Source: Nitrospirota bacterium (GTDB taxonomy: Bacteria > Nitrospirota > Thermodesulfovibrionia > Thermodesulfovibrionales > JdFR-85). Taken from it: DNA of 55,110 bases. The DNA lies in the NCBI GenBank assembly GCA_015492515.1, contig WGEZ01000110.1, forward strand, positions 1-55,110, read 5' to 3'. Position 1 is the first letter of the stretch; every line of letters starts with the position of its first letter. The position numbers were made by a program, and so were the translations under genes. A model generated the notes under the pieces. It searched no databases. It saw nothing but the letters and a program-made list of their open reading frames with translations, and had not been told where the DNA came from. Shown here piece after piece: positions 26,615 through 35,838 of this stretch.

Positions 26615-28777
26615 TCAACGCGGCTTTTTTCCTTCCACCTGCCTCTTCAGGTCCTCCGCAAGGGCCTTCCCTATGGTGGGCACGGCCGCCAGCTCTCCGG
26701 CCGTCGCCTCCCTGATCTCCTTGAGCCCCCTGAATCCTGCATCGAAGAGCCTCCTCGCCCTCACCCTCCCGATCCCCCGGAGGGTAACGAGCTGCAGGAG
26801 CTCCTCCCTCACTCCGTAGACGACCCTCGTCCTGAGGAGGGAGACGGCCCTCACCGCCTCCCTCAGCCTGAAGACCCTGCCGATCTCTGCCGCTGAGTAG
26901 AGGAGCCAGTCGGAGAGCTCCACGAGGGTCCGGAGATCACCGGGTCCGATCCCGAAGCGGCTCACCATCCTCTCCTCCGGCGTCTCCTCTATCCACTGAA
27001 GGAGCAACGACGCCGTCTTCATCTCCGCCAGCAGCTCCTCCGAGGGGTACCGCTCCTCCTCCGGAAGGAGCAGCTCCCCTGCGTGGGCGTAGAAGAGCTC
27101 GATCATCTCGTCGTAATCACCCTTCCTGAGGGAGAGCACCATCATGTCCGGCGTATGGGCTATCATCTGGAAGATCGGCAGCGGCCCGCTCCCGTCGAAG
27201 CGGTGGAGGGCGTCCCTCAGCACCACGGCGGTGAGGGGATCGATGTACAGCTCCGAGACCCTCCGGCCGAACCTCGTGGCCGCCAGGGCCGCTCCCTCCC
27301 GGACCATCATCCCCTCGGCCTCGAGAAACCCCGTTATCTCCTCCGCTATGGAGGCGAGCCGTCCGGCTCCGCTCTGGAAGGCGAAGAAGGTCTTCTCCAG
27401 GAACCCTGCGAGCTCGGCATGGGTCGTCGTGAAGAGTCCTGCCACGGATGCGAGCACGTGGGTCCTGAGGGCGGGCTCGCTGCCGAGTCTGGACTCTATC
27501 CTCTCCAGCTCACCGGTGATGTACTTCCTGAAGAGGAACTCCTCATCCCTCTTGCTCCGTGCGACGATCACTGCCTCTCCGTACTCATCGAGCCCCGGCC
27601 TTCCGGCCCTCCCGGACATCTGTTTTATCTCGATGGCCGCCAGGGGGTGGATGCCGAGACCTGTCTCGTACCTCCACCAGTCCCTGATGACCACCCTCCT
27701 TGATGGGAGGTTCAGCCCCATGGCGAGGGTGGTGGTGGCGGCTATCAGCTTTATGCCGCCGGCCCTGAAGGCATCCTCTATGAGCCTCCTCTGGGCATGG
27801 TTGATACCCGCATGATGGAAGGCCACACCGCAGGCCACGCACTCGGCGAGCCTCCTGCAGATCCGTGTCGGTTCAGCGGTGACAGCCAGGACCCTTCCGG
27901 AGAGCTCCCTGAGGGAAAGCCTCTCCGCCTCTGAGAGGAGGCCTGTCACGTACGGAGAGGCGTTCCTGGCGACCGTCTCCGTTGATTTCCGCGTGTTCAC
28001 GAATACGAGCGCCTGCCCTCCGTCCCTGATGGTCTCGAGCGCGAGGTTCACCGCATCCCAGCGGCTCTCCCTCGGCACCCACCTGACGGTGCCGTCGTTG
28101 AAGATCTCTGCACCGTTGTAGAAGACCCCCTCCCTGAGGGGCACCGGCCTCCAGTCCGCCTCCACGAGCCTGGCGTTGAGCCACCCCGCGATCTCCACAG
28201 CATTCGGTATCGTGGCGCTCAGGGCTATCAGCCTGGGCTCCGGACTCATCAGCCTGAGGCGGGTGAGAACGACCTCGAGGGTCGGCCCCCTGTGAGGGTC
28301 TCCGAGGAGGTGTATCTCGTCGGCGATCACGAGGCCCACGTCCCTCAGCCAGGGGGCCCTGTGCCTGACGAGCGAGTCCATCTTCTCGTTGGTGGATATG
28401 ATCAGGTCAGCCCGTTGAAGCCACGGCTCCGCGCTGTCGTAGTCACCCGTGCTCTGGATCACCCTCACGCCGGCGGCCCTGTACTTCCTCGTGAACTCAT
28501 CGTACTTCTCCCTTGCCAGCGCCCTGAGGGGCACGAGGTATATCACCTTCCCTCCCCCCTCGAGGAAGACCTTCAGCATCGCCAGCTCCGCAATGAGGGT
28601 CTTCCCCGAGGCTGTGGGGGCAGCCACCACGAAGGGGGCCTCTCCGCTCAGGAGGCCCGCCTCAACGGCCATAGCCTGAGGGGGATAGAGGTCCCTCACC
28701 CCTGTGGAGGCAAGGACCTCCACGAGTCGCCTCGACCCTCCATATGCCTCCAGTACCTCAATATCCACGGCCTGCAT
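26615..28777 (-). CDS. hel308: Hel308/Ski2-like DExH DNA helicase (archaeal-type architecture)
   Basis: LYPPQAMAV, Walker A AAPTASGKT and DEIH (ADEIHLLGD) are present. Motif VI is QMSGRAGRPG. A ratchet-like central region is followed by a C-terminal HhH (LRGIGRVRARRLFDAGF). Confidence 0.85.
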   Translation of the reverse strand: MQAVDIEVLEAYGGSRRLVEVLASTGVRDLYPPQAMAVEAGLLSGEAPFVVAAPTASGKTLIAELAMLKVFLEGGGKVIYLVPLRALAREKYDEFTRKYRAAGVRVIQSTGDYDSAEPWLQRADLIISTNEKMDSLVRHRAPWLRDVGLVIADEIHLLGDPHRGPTLEVVLTRLRLMSPEPRLIALSATIPNAVEIAGWLNARLVEADWRPVPLREGVFYNGAEIFNDGTVRWVPRESRWDAVNLALETIRDGGQALVFVNTRKSTETVARNASPYVTGLLSEAERLSLRELSGRVLAVTAEPTRICRRLAECVACGVAFHHAGINHAQRRLIEDAFRAGGIKLIAATTTLAMGLNLPSRRVVIRDWWRYETGLGIHPLAAIEIKQMSGRAGRPGLDEYGEAVIVARSKRDEEFLFRKYITGELERIESRLGSEPALRTHVLASVAGLFTTTHAELAGFLEKTFFAFQSGAGRLASIAEEITGFLEAEGMMVREGAALAATRFGRRVSELYIDPLTAVVLRDALHRFDGSGPLPIFQMIAHTPDMMVLSLRKGDYDEMIELFYAHAGELLLPEEERYPSEELLAEMKTASLLLQWIEETPEERMVSRFGIGPGDLRTLVELSDWLLYSAAEIGRVFRLREAVRAVSLLRTRVVYGVREELLQLVTLRGIGRVRARRLFDAGFRGLKEIREATAGELAAVPTIGKALAEDLKRQVEGKKPR

Positions 28778-29042
28778 CCTCTATGTGCTGAAGATCACGA
28801 AACGGCGGGTATCGGGGCTGCAGATGGACCCGCCCCCCGGAACCCCTCTGAAAAGCCCTCCATGGGCTCGTCAACACCCCCTTTACGTTCCCTGCCCCCT
28901 CAGGGGCCTCGAAGAGCAGGCAGACCCCTCTCCCGGAGATCATCCCTGAGAAGGGGGCAGAGGCGAGCCTCTGGATGGAGAGCCCTGAGAGGAACCACCT
29001 GAACATTCTTGAAGTTTAGCAGAGGAGTCCCCACCGTTACAA

Positions 29043-29072
29043 CCGGGGTCAGGTCTCAACATTTGACATTCC
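29043..29072. repeat. Left inverted repeat CCGGGGTCAGGTCTCAACATTTGACATTCC
   Basis: It matches the reverse complement of 30012-30041 at 30 of 30 positions. Confidence 0.95.
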
Positions 29073-29097
29073 GGACCGTTTCTGTTAAACTCTCTCC

Positions 29098-30003
29098 ATG
29101 GCCAGACCTCTGAGGCTCTCCTTCGAGAACGCTGTCTATCACATAACCGCAAGGGGCAACCGGAAGGAGGAGATCTTCTACAGTGACGACGACAGGCGCT
29201 CCTTTCTGGAGAAGATGGAGGAGACGTGGGGGAAATACTCCATAGTATGTTACGCCTACTGTCTGATGAGCAACCATTACCACCTCTTTATAAAGACCCC
29301 TCTTGCCAATATATCAGAAGCGATGCATTACCTGAACGCCTCTTACGCAAACTGGTTCAGGGTAAGGCACGGGATCGTCGGGGCGGTGTTTCAGGGCAGA
29401 TACAGATCGATCATTGTTGATGAAGACAGATACGCTGTTCAGCTCTCCGCCTATATCCATGCAAATCCCGTGCGGGCGGGTATGGTGAAGGACCCTCTGG
29501 AGTATCCCTGGAGCAGCTATCCTGAGTATATGGGCAGGAGGAATCCCCTGGCGAGGCTCGAGACGGGCTTCATCCTGGGACAGTTTGACGATGACCTCCG
29601 GAGGGCACGGAGGAGGTACAGGGCCTACGTCATCAGAAATCTCTATGCAAAGGACCCGGTTAAGGAGGCATACAAGGGCGTCGCCCTCGGTGGGGAGGGG
29701 TTCATAGAATCGATAAAGGAAAGGATGCGATCCATTGGGCGGAGCAGAGAGATCGCCGCGACAAGGGATGCAGAGACGTATACGGCGGAGGAGATCATCC
29801 AGCAGGTGATGGAGCGGGCCTCGGTCAGCCGCGATGAGATATTCGACCGCAGACGTGGGAACATCTATAGACAAATGACGCTCTATCTGCTGAAGAGATA
29901 CACGCCGATGAGCCTGAGGGAGATAGGGGAGATGTTCGGGATGGATTATGCCGCTGTGTCTCAGGCCTGCAGGAGGTATGAGGAGAGGATAAGAGGGGGA
30001 TGA
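29098..30003 (+). CDS. HUH/Y1 tyrosine transposase (IS200-like, REP-associated RAYT-like) with a C-terminal DnaA-C-like HTH
   Basis: HUH motif SNHYHLFIK, catalytic Tyr motif LSAYIHANPVRAG, and a C-terminal HTH (LLKRYTPMSLREIGEMFGMDYAAVSQACRR) are present. Confidence 0.8.
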   Translation: MARPLRLSFENAVYHITARGNRKEEIFYSDDDRRSFLEKMEETWGKYSIVCYAYCLMSNHYHLFIKTPLANISEAMHYLNASYANWFRVRHGIVGAVFQGRYRSIIVDEDRYAVQLSAYIHANPVRAGMVKDPLEYPWSSYPEYMGRRNPLARLETGFILGQFDDDLRRARRRYRAYVIRNLYAKDPVKEAYKGVALGGEGFIESIKERMRSIGRSREIAATRDAETYTAEEIIQQVMERASVSRDEIFDRRRGNIYRQMTLYLLKRYTPMSLREIGEMFGMDYAAVSQACRRYEERIRGG

Positions 30004-30011
30004 GGTCGGGA

Positions 30012-30041
30012 GGAATGTCAAATGTTGAGACCTGACCCCGG
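30012..30041. repeat. Right inverted repeat GGAATGTCAAATGTTGAGACCTGACCCCGG
   Basis: It is the exact reverse complement of 29043-29072 and ends one base before the ATG at 30042. Confidence 0.95.
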
Positions 30042-31115
30042 ATGAGGACCGGTACGGCGATACTGCCGCTGCACCACGGGAGGGCGCCGAGGTGGCTCTT
30101 CGAGAGGATGACGGCCCTCTCGAGGGAGATCACCGCAGCCATCGTGGCCGAGTTCGGCCAGAGGGCGTTCCTGGAGAGGCTCTCCGATCCCTGCTGGTTC
30201 CAGGCCCTGGGCTGTGCCCTCGGCTTCGACTGGCACTCAAGCGGTCTCACCACGACGGTGACCGGTGCGCTGAAGGAAGGACTGAAGGGCATGGAGGGAG
30301 AGCTCGGCCTCTTCATCGCCGGAGGCAAGGGCGGAGCATCGAGAAAGACGCCGGAAGAGATAAGGATGTATGCCGACAGGCACACCGTGGACCCCGCCCC
30401 ACTGATCCATGCAAGCAGGATGGCCGCCAAGGTGGACAACTCTGCCGTGCAGGACGGGTATCAGCTCTACCATCACGTCTTCGTCTTCACGGACCGGGGA
30501 CAGTGGGCCGTTATTCAGCAGGGTATGAACGAACAGAAGAGATCGGCGAGACGCTACCACTGGCTGGGAGAGAACGTGGCGGACTTCGTGGTGGAGCCGC
30601 ACACCGCTGTCTGCTGCGATGAGAGAGGCGCGGTCATCAACATGGTCGCCTCCGAGAGCGAAGGGGCGAGGCGGATATCCACCGCCCTGTCAAGGGAGAG
30701 GCCGGAGAAGGTGCTTAAGGAGATGACGAGGATCAGGGAGATAGAGCTCTCCAGGAGGCACCACATAACGGCTGCAGACATAGATCCGGCGAGGCTGCAC
30801 CGTACACTGACAAAGACGTACGAGAGACAGCCCGAGGGCTTCGAGGAGCTCCTCGGCATCAGAGGGGTGGGACCCAAGACGGTAAGGGCGCTGAGCCTGC
30901 TGTCGGAGATCATATACGGAAGGCCTCCGAGTTATCGGGACCCTGCAAGGTTCAGCTTCGCCCACGGCGGAAAGGACGGTACACCCTTCCCGGTCGACCG
31001 GGAGACCTACGACAGGACGATCGAGGTCATGAGGAGGGCCATCAGGACGGCGAAGGTGGGCCACAGGGATAGAATGGAGGCCCTGAAGAGGCTGGCGAGG
31101 TTCTACGGAGCTTGA
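30042..31115 (+). CDS. DUF763-like protein with a helix-hairpin-helix motif
   Basis: The N-terminus AILPLHHGRAPRWLFERM matches my recollection of the DUF763 family. HhH motif LLGIRGVGPKTVRAL is present. An in-frame TGA at 30033-30035 rules out an upstream start. Confidence 0.55.
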   Translation: MRTGTAILPLHHGRAPRWLFERMTALSREITAAIVAEFGQRAFLERLSDPCWFQALGCALGFDWHSSGLTTTVTGALKEGLKGMEGELGLFIAGGKGGASRKTPEEIRMYADRHTVDPAPLIHASRMAAKVDNSAVQDGYQLYHHVFVFTDRGQWAVIQQGMNEQKRSARRYHWLGENVADFVVEPHTAVCCDERGAVINMVASESEGARRISTALSRERPEKVLKEMTRIREIELSRRHHITAADIDPARLHRTLTKTYERQPEGFEELLGIRGVGPKTVRALSLLSEIIYGRPPSYRDPARFSFAHGGKDGTPFPVDRETYDRTIEVMRRAIRTAKVGHRDRMEALKRLARFYGA

Positions 31116-31190
31116 TGCCCCCTCCTCCGTGGAAACCACCCGGAGGATCGCCGGAAACCTCACCGCAGCCGCCGCATCATCGAGACGGAC

Positions 31191-32036
31191 TCATCCCGCG
31201 TCCGGTGCTCCGAGCACCTCGTTCATCGAACCCGTCCTGTAACCGAGGAGGTCGACGGTGACATAGCTGAACCCGATCCTCTTGAGGGAGGCATCGATCC
31301 TCAGCCTGAGCTCCGCGTCGCTGAAGAGCCCCATCTCCTCGGGTATGAACTCAAGCCTCGCTATGCCGTCGTGGTGTCTCACCCTGAACTGGGTGAACCC
31401 CATCTCCCTCAGGAGCCTCTCGGCCTCCTCGACCTTCCTCAGCTTCTCCTCCGTTATCCTCTCACCGTAGGGGAAACGCGATGAGAGGCAGGCGAAGGAG
31501 GGCTTGTTCCAGGTGCTCAGCCCCGCCTGCTTCGAGAGGTAGCGGATCTCGTCCTTTGTGAGTCCAGCCTCGCAGAGGGGGCTCCTCACCCCTGACTCCC
31601 GGGCGGCCCTCCTGCCGGGACGGTAGTCCGCCGTGTCGTCGAGGTTCGTACCGTCGACAACGGTGCGCACACCGTACCCCTCGGCGATCCCGGAGAGCTT
31701 CCGGAAGAGCTCGCTCTTGCAGTGGTAGCAGCGGTCCCTGCCGTTGTCGGAGAATCCCGGGATCTCGAGTTCGTTGGAATGGATAACGATGTGCTTCACT
31801 CCCATGGAGCCAGCAAGCCGTTTCGCCTCCTGCAGTTCCGACTCCGGATAGGTCGGTGAGGCGGCGGTCACGGCGATCACCCTCTCACCGAGGGCATCCC
31901 TGGCCACCCGGAGGAGGAAGGTGCTGTCTACCCCGCCTGAGAAGGCGACGCAGACGCTCTCCATCGAGGTCAGAAGCCCCTTCAGCCGGAGGAGCTTGGC
32001 CTCTGCAGTACTTCTGTCCACGACGATATCCGTCAT
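31191..32036 (-). CDS. larE: ATP-dependent sacrificial sulfur transferase LarE-like PP-loop protein
   Basis: PP-loop VAFSGGVDST, CYHCK and ACLSSRFPYG are present. The start is set at the ATG at 32036, after GGAG. Confidence 0.8.
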   Translation of the reverse strand: MTDIVVDRSTAEAKLLRLKGLLTSMESVCVAFSGGVDSTFLLRVARDALGERVIAVTAASPTYPESELQEAKRLAGSMGVKHIVIHSNELEIPGFSDNGRDRCYHCKSELFRKLSGIAEGYGVRTVVDGTNLDDTADYRPGRRAARESGVRSPLCEAGLTKDEIRYLSKQAGLSTWNKPSFACLSSRFPYGERITEEKLRKVEEAERLLREMGFTQFRVRHHDGIARLEFIPEEMGLFSDAELRLRIDASLKRIGFSYVTVDLLGYRTGSMNEVLGAPDAG

Positions 32037-32100
32037 CGTCTCCGGACCTCCGCGTTGATCTCCTGAGGCCCCCCTCGTCTTCACCACGAAGTCGCGCTTC

Positions 32101-32781
32101 CTAAGGAGCGGCTGGACGATCAAGGGAGCCGGCCCACGGTATCTTTTTCGAGCCTGTATCCCTCTGACGCATCCTGCGGGATGGGGCGGTGGGCCTCTCT
32201 TCCGAGGTCTTGGGCTCCGGCTTCACCTTCTTCTTCTTCGCCCTCTTCACCGCTGCTTTCTGCTTCGGGGCAGGTGAGGCCACCCTCTTCTTCGGCTCCG
32301 TCACCCTCACCTCGACCCGCTCCCCGCCCCTGACCAGGACGACCCTGTCCTGGTATATCTCGGCGACGGTATAGCCGCTTATCGAGCCTCCGAGGCCGAG
32401 GACCAGGTGCCTCTTCCCCCTGCCGGGGGTCCTGTAGGGAGCCTTCCTGTCCTCGAGGAAGGCGAGGCCCTTCCCGTCGGTCATGACCGTTCCGTAGAGC
32501 ACGAACTCTGGTTCGTGTCTCACCATGTCCTTCGTCTTCGCCGCAACAGGCTTCCTCTCCGGGTGGAAGAGGTTCTTCTTCTCTATGATGCTGTACTCGG
32601 GCATGGGCATCATCCCCGGCGTATCTGCAGGGATCACGGTCTCTTCCGGCCTCTCCTCCCCCGGCGGCGGGAGATCGGGACTCGACGAACCGATGTCGAG
32701 ATACCCCTGGTAGAGCCTGACACCGAGGAAGAGGAGCACCGCTGTGAAGACGAGGTTTATGACGGTGAGATGTCTGGTCAT
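32101..32781 (-). CDS. Membrane-anchored GspC/PilP-like domain protein with a Lys-rich tail
   Basis: An N-terminal TM helix, the KKNLFHPE motif and a beta-rich block (FVLYGTVMTDGKGLAFLED...GYTVAEIYQDRVVLVRGGERVEVRV) are present. No other T2SS or T4P genes are nearby. Confidence 0.5.
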   Translation of the reverse strand: MTRHLTVINLVFTAVLLFLGVRLYQGYLDIGSSSPDLPPPGEERPEETVIPADTPGMMPMPEYSIIEKKNLFHPERKPVAAKTKDMVRHEPEFVLYGTVMTDGKGLAFLEDRKAPYRTPGRGKRHLVLGLGGSISGYTVAEIYQDRVVLVRGGERVEVRVTEPKKRVASPAPKQKAAVKRAKKKKVKPEPKTSEERPTAPSRRMRQRDTGSKKIPWAGSLDRPAAP

Positions 32782-32914
32782 GAGGGACCCCCTGCTGGCT
32801 CGATCGATATCGACGGAAGATCTTCACCTTTCCGGCCTATGGAAGGCATGGAGGCCTTCCTGTATCCGGAGGGAGATCGGCCGACGTCCGATGAGAGGAC
32901 TCTGTTCATTATGA

Positions 32915-32990
<76 letters not shown>

Positions 32991-33089
32991 ACGGTTGTCA
33001 CGGTTACAGGAAACTCGCTATTCGAGAACATCGTTCTCTTTCGTATGTCCGTACAACGACAGCCGCAATTCCTGCAGAGTAAATTTTGT

Positions 33090-33166
33090 TGGTGCGCCTG
33101 AGAGGATTCGAACCTCCGACCTGAGGTTCCGGAGACCTCCGCTCTATCCAACTGAGCTACAGGCGC
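33090..33166 (-). tRNA. tRNA-Arg (anticodon CCG), CCA encoded
   Basis: The reverse complement reads GCGCCTGTAGCTCAGTTGGATAGAGCGGAGGTCTCCGGAACCTCAGGTCGGAGGTTCGAATCCTCTCAGGCGCACCA, with anticodon loop CTCCGGA. Confidence 0.93.
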
Positions 33167-33226
33167 TTAGTCGATATTAAAGGATTTTCCGAACTTATGT
33201 CAACACTCTACGTCTCCGGCAGACGT

Positions 33227-34759
33227 TCAGAGAGGCATCCAGGCCCGGCCGTCCCGCTGCAGCAGGGCGTCGGCCTCTGGAGGACCCGTGGAGCCGGCCT
33301 CGTAGTTGGGGACACCGGGCCTTACCGACGCAAGCCGCTCCAGGATCGGCGTGAGGAGGGCCCAGCTCTCCTCCACACCGTCGGCCCTCACGAAGAGCAT
33401 CTGGTCTCCCTGCATGCAGTCGAGCAGCACCCGCTCATAGGCATCCATCATGAGGGCCTTCCTGTAGGAGAAGTCCATCAGTACAGGGGTGAGGCATATC
33501 CTGGAGCCTGGGTTCTTCGTCTGGATGACGAGCCTGATACCCTCGTCGGGCTGCACCCTGAGCATCAGGGTGTTGGGCTCTATCCGCTCCTCCATCTCCT
33601 CTGCAAACATCAGGTGGGGCACCGGCCTGAAGTGTATGGAGATCTCCGCCTTCTGTGCCGAGAGCCTCTTGCCCGAACGGAGGTAGAAGGGCACGCCGTG
33701 CCACCTCCAGTTGTCGATGTAGAGCCTCAGAGCGGCGAAGGTCGGCGTAAGGGACTCGGGTGAGACCCCGGGCTCCTCCCTGTACCCGACGACGTCAAGA
33801 CCGTTTATCCTGCCCCTGCCGTACTGGCCGATGACCAGATGCTCCTCAAGCCTCTCGAGGGGGAGGGGCCTTATGGAGCGGAAGACCTTAACCCTCTCGT
33901 CCCTCACCCTCTCGGCCTCGAAGACCGAGGGCGGCTCCATCGCGGTGAGGGCGAGGAGCTGGAGCAGGTGGTTCTGGAACATGTCCCTCAGCACGCCGGC
34001 CCTCTCGTAGTAGCCGGCCCTGTGCCCCACGCCGTCCGTCTCCGAGACGGTTATCTGGACGTGGTCGATGTAGCGGCTGTTCCAGAGGGGTTCGAATATG
34101 GAGTTGGCGAACCTGAAGATGAGGATGTTCTGGACGTTCTCCTTCGCCAGGTAGTGGTCCATCCGGTAGATCTGTCTTTCTTCGAAGTACCTGCCGAGCC
34201 CGGCGTTCAGCCTGCGGGCCGATTCGAGGTCGTGGCCGAAGGGCTTCTCCACCACGATATGGGTGTAGCCGACCTCGCTCCGGGAAAGACCTGCACGGCC
34301 GAGGTTCTCTATGATGGTCTCATAGACAGCGGGCGGGGTGGCGATGTAGAAGATCCGGTTTCCCCCTGTTGCGTGTCTCTTCTCCAGAGCGGGGAGCCTC
34401 CTCTTGAGGCGCCTGTAGGTGCCGGTCACGTCGTAGTCGATCTGCATGTAGTGGAGCCTCTCGGCGAACCCCGTCCAGTCCGCATCGGTAAATCCCTCCG
34501 CAGCAGCAGCCCTGACAGCCTCACGCATCAGCTCCCGGAAGGCCCTGTCGTCCATTCCGGTCCTGGCGGCGCCGAGGACGCAGAACCCCTCTGGAAGGAG
34601 GCCGAGTCTCTGGAGACGGTAGACCGCAGGGATTATCCTCCGCCTGGTGAGGTCTCCCGAGGCCCCGAAGATCGTGAGGCAGAAGGGCCCGGGGATATCG
34701 ATCCGGCAGCCCTCCGGGGCCTCGGCCATCACCCTGCCCTTCACCTCCGGAGGGTTCAT
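33227..34759 (-). CDS. zwf: Glucose-6-phosphate dehydrogenase
   Basis: IFGASGDLTRRR, RMDHYLAKE and the overall length fit G6PD. The start overlaps the gnd stop. Confidence 0.93.
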   Translation of the reverse strand: MNPPEVKGRVMAEAPEGCRIDIPGPFCLTIFGASGDLTRRRIIPAVYRLQRLGLLPEGFCVLGAARTGMDDRAFRELMREAVRAAAAEGFTDADWTGFAERLHYMQIDYDVTGTYRRLKRRLPALEKRHATGGNRIFYIATPPAVYETIIENLGRAGLSRSEVGYTHIVVEKPFGHDLESARRLNAGLGRYFEERQIYRMDHYLAKENVQNILIFRFANSIFEPLWNSRYIDHVQITVSETDGVGHRAGYYERAGVLRDMFQNHLLQLLALTAMEPPSVFEAERVRDERVKVFRSIRPLPLERLEEHLVIGQYGRGRINGLDVVGYREEPGVSPESLTPTFAALRLYIDNWRWHGVPFYLRSGKRLSAQKAEISIHFRPVPHLMFAEEMEERIEPNTLMLRVQPDEGIRLVIQTKNPGSRICLTPVLMDFSYRKALMMDAYERVLLDCMQGDQMLFVRADGVEESWALLTPILERLASVRPGVPNYEAGSTGPPEADALLQRDGRAWMPL

Positions 34760-35664
34760 CCCCTCCTCTTCCTGACGCCGTGGCCCCCGAACTCAGCCCT
34801 CAGGGCGGCGAGGAGCCTGTCGGAGAAGGAGTTCCTCTGGCGGGAACGGAACCGCTGATAGAGTGCGGAGGTGATCACCGGGGCGGGCACGGCCGTCTCG
34901 ACGGCCTGCTGAACCGTCCAGCGTCCCTCTCCGGAGTCCTCCACATAAGCCTCGATGCCGGAGAGGTCCCTGTCCTTCCTGAAGGCTGCCTCGACAAGCT
35001 CAAGGAGCCACGACCTGACGATGCTGCCCCGGTTCCAGAGGTGTGCGACCCTGGAGAGGTCGAGATTCCCTCCGTAGGGGGAGGACCTCAGGATCTCGAA
35101 GCCCTCTCCATAGGCAGACATCATCGCGTACTCGATCCCGTTGTGCACCATCTTGAGGAAGTGTCCCGCCCCTGTGGACCCGCAGTAGAGGTATCCATCC
35201 TTTGGGGCGAGCGTCCTGAAGAGGGGCTCGAGGTGCCTGTAGATCCTCCTCTCGCCCCCCACCATCAGGCAGTACCCCATCTTCAGTCCCCATACGCCGC
35301 CGCTGACCCCCACGTCCATGTAGTGGATGCCGAGGGAGCTGAGGCGCTCCTCACGCCGGATATCGTCCTTGTAGAAGCTGTTTCCTCCGTCTATGACGAT
35401 ATCCCCCCTCGAGAGGAGACCGGCGAGGGCCTCGATGGTATCATCCACGGGCCTGCCAGCGGGCAGCATCAGCCATACCGGTCTCGGCGGCTTCAGCTTG
35501 CTGACCAGCTCCTCCAGCGAGTACGCCCCCCTTGCGCCGCCCTTCACTATCTCGTCCACCTTCTCCGGGGACCTGTTGTAGGCGACCACGCGATGCCTGC
35601 CGCGGAGAAGCCGTCTGGCCATGTTCATCCCCATCCGGCCGAGCCCGATCAATCCTATCTGCAT
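34756..35664 (-). CDS. gnd: 6-phosphogluconate dehydrogenase, short (decarboxylating, YqeC-like) form
   Basis: IGLIGLGRMGMNMARRL, DGGNSFY and GVSGGVWG are present. Confidence 0.88.
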   Translation of the reverse strand: MQIGLIGLGRMGMNMARRLLRGRHRVVAYNRSPEKVDEIVKGGARGAYSLEELVSKLKPPRPVWLMLPAGRPVDDTIEALAGLLSRGDIVIDGGNSFYKDDIRREERLSSLGIHYMDVGVSGGVWGLKMGYCLMVGGERRIYRHLEPLFRTLAPKDGYLYCGSTGAGHFLKMVHNGIEYAMMSAYGEGFEILRSSPYGGNLDLSRVAHLWNRGSIVRSWLLELVEAAFRKDRDLSGIEAYVEDSGEGRWTVQQAVETAVPAPVITSALYQRFRSRQRNSFSDRLLAALRAEFGGHGVRKRRG

Positions 35665-35838
35665 CTCTCAACCCTCCCGTCGATGGTCTCAGCAGGGAGC
35701 AGCCATCCCCCGCTCCCTGCATCGTACAGGGTCCCTGAGGGCGGGGGCGTCTCCTTAATTATAGTACAAAACCCTGCTGAAGGATCATGGGATTACCCTT
35801 CCGACCGGAAAAGAGGGGTTCTGGTGAGCCGGGGGCTC

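Larger units (their letters stand above)
29043..30041 (+). mobile_element. 999-bp cassette: RAYT-like Y1 transposase gene bracketed by perfect 30-bp inverted repeats
   Basis: The left repeat at 29043-29072 is the exact reverse complement of the right repeat at 30012-30041. The interior has visibly lower GC than the flanks. No target-site duplication was seen. Confidence 0.75.

Noticed and set aside
33024-33038. GAGAAC-atc-GTTCTC palindrome between the two tRNA genes, resembling a Gram-positive LexA (Cheo) box
   Set aside because: The spacer is 3 nt, not 4, and the site is not in front of any DNA-repair gene. It is more likely an inter-tRNA processing or terminator hairpin, or chance.
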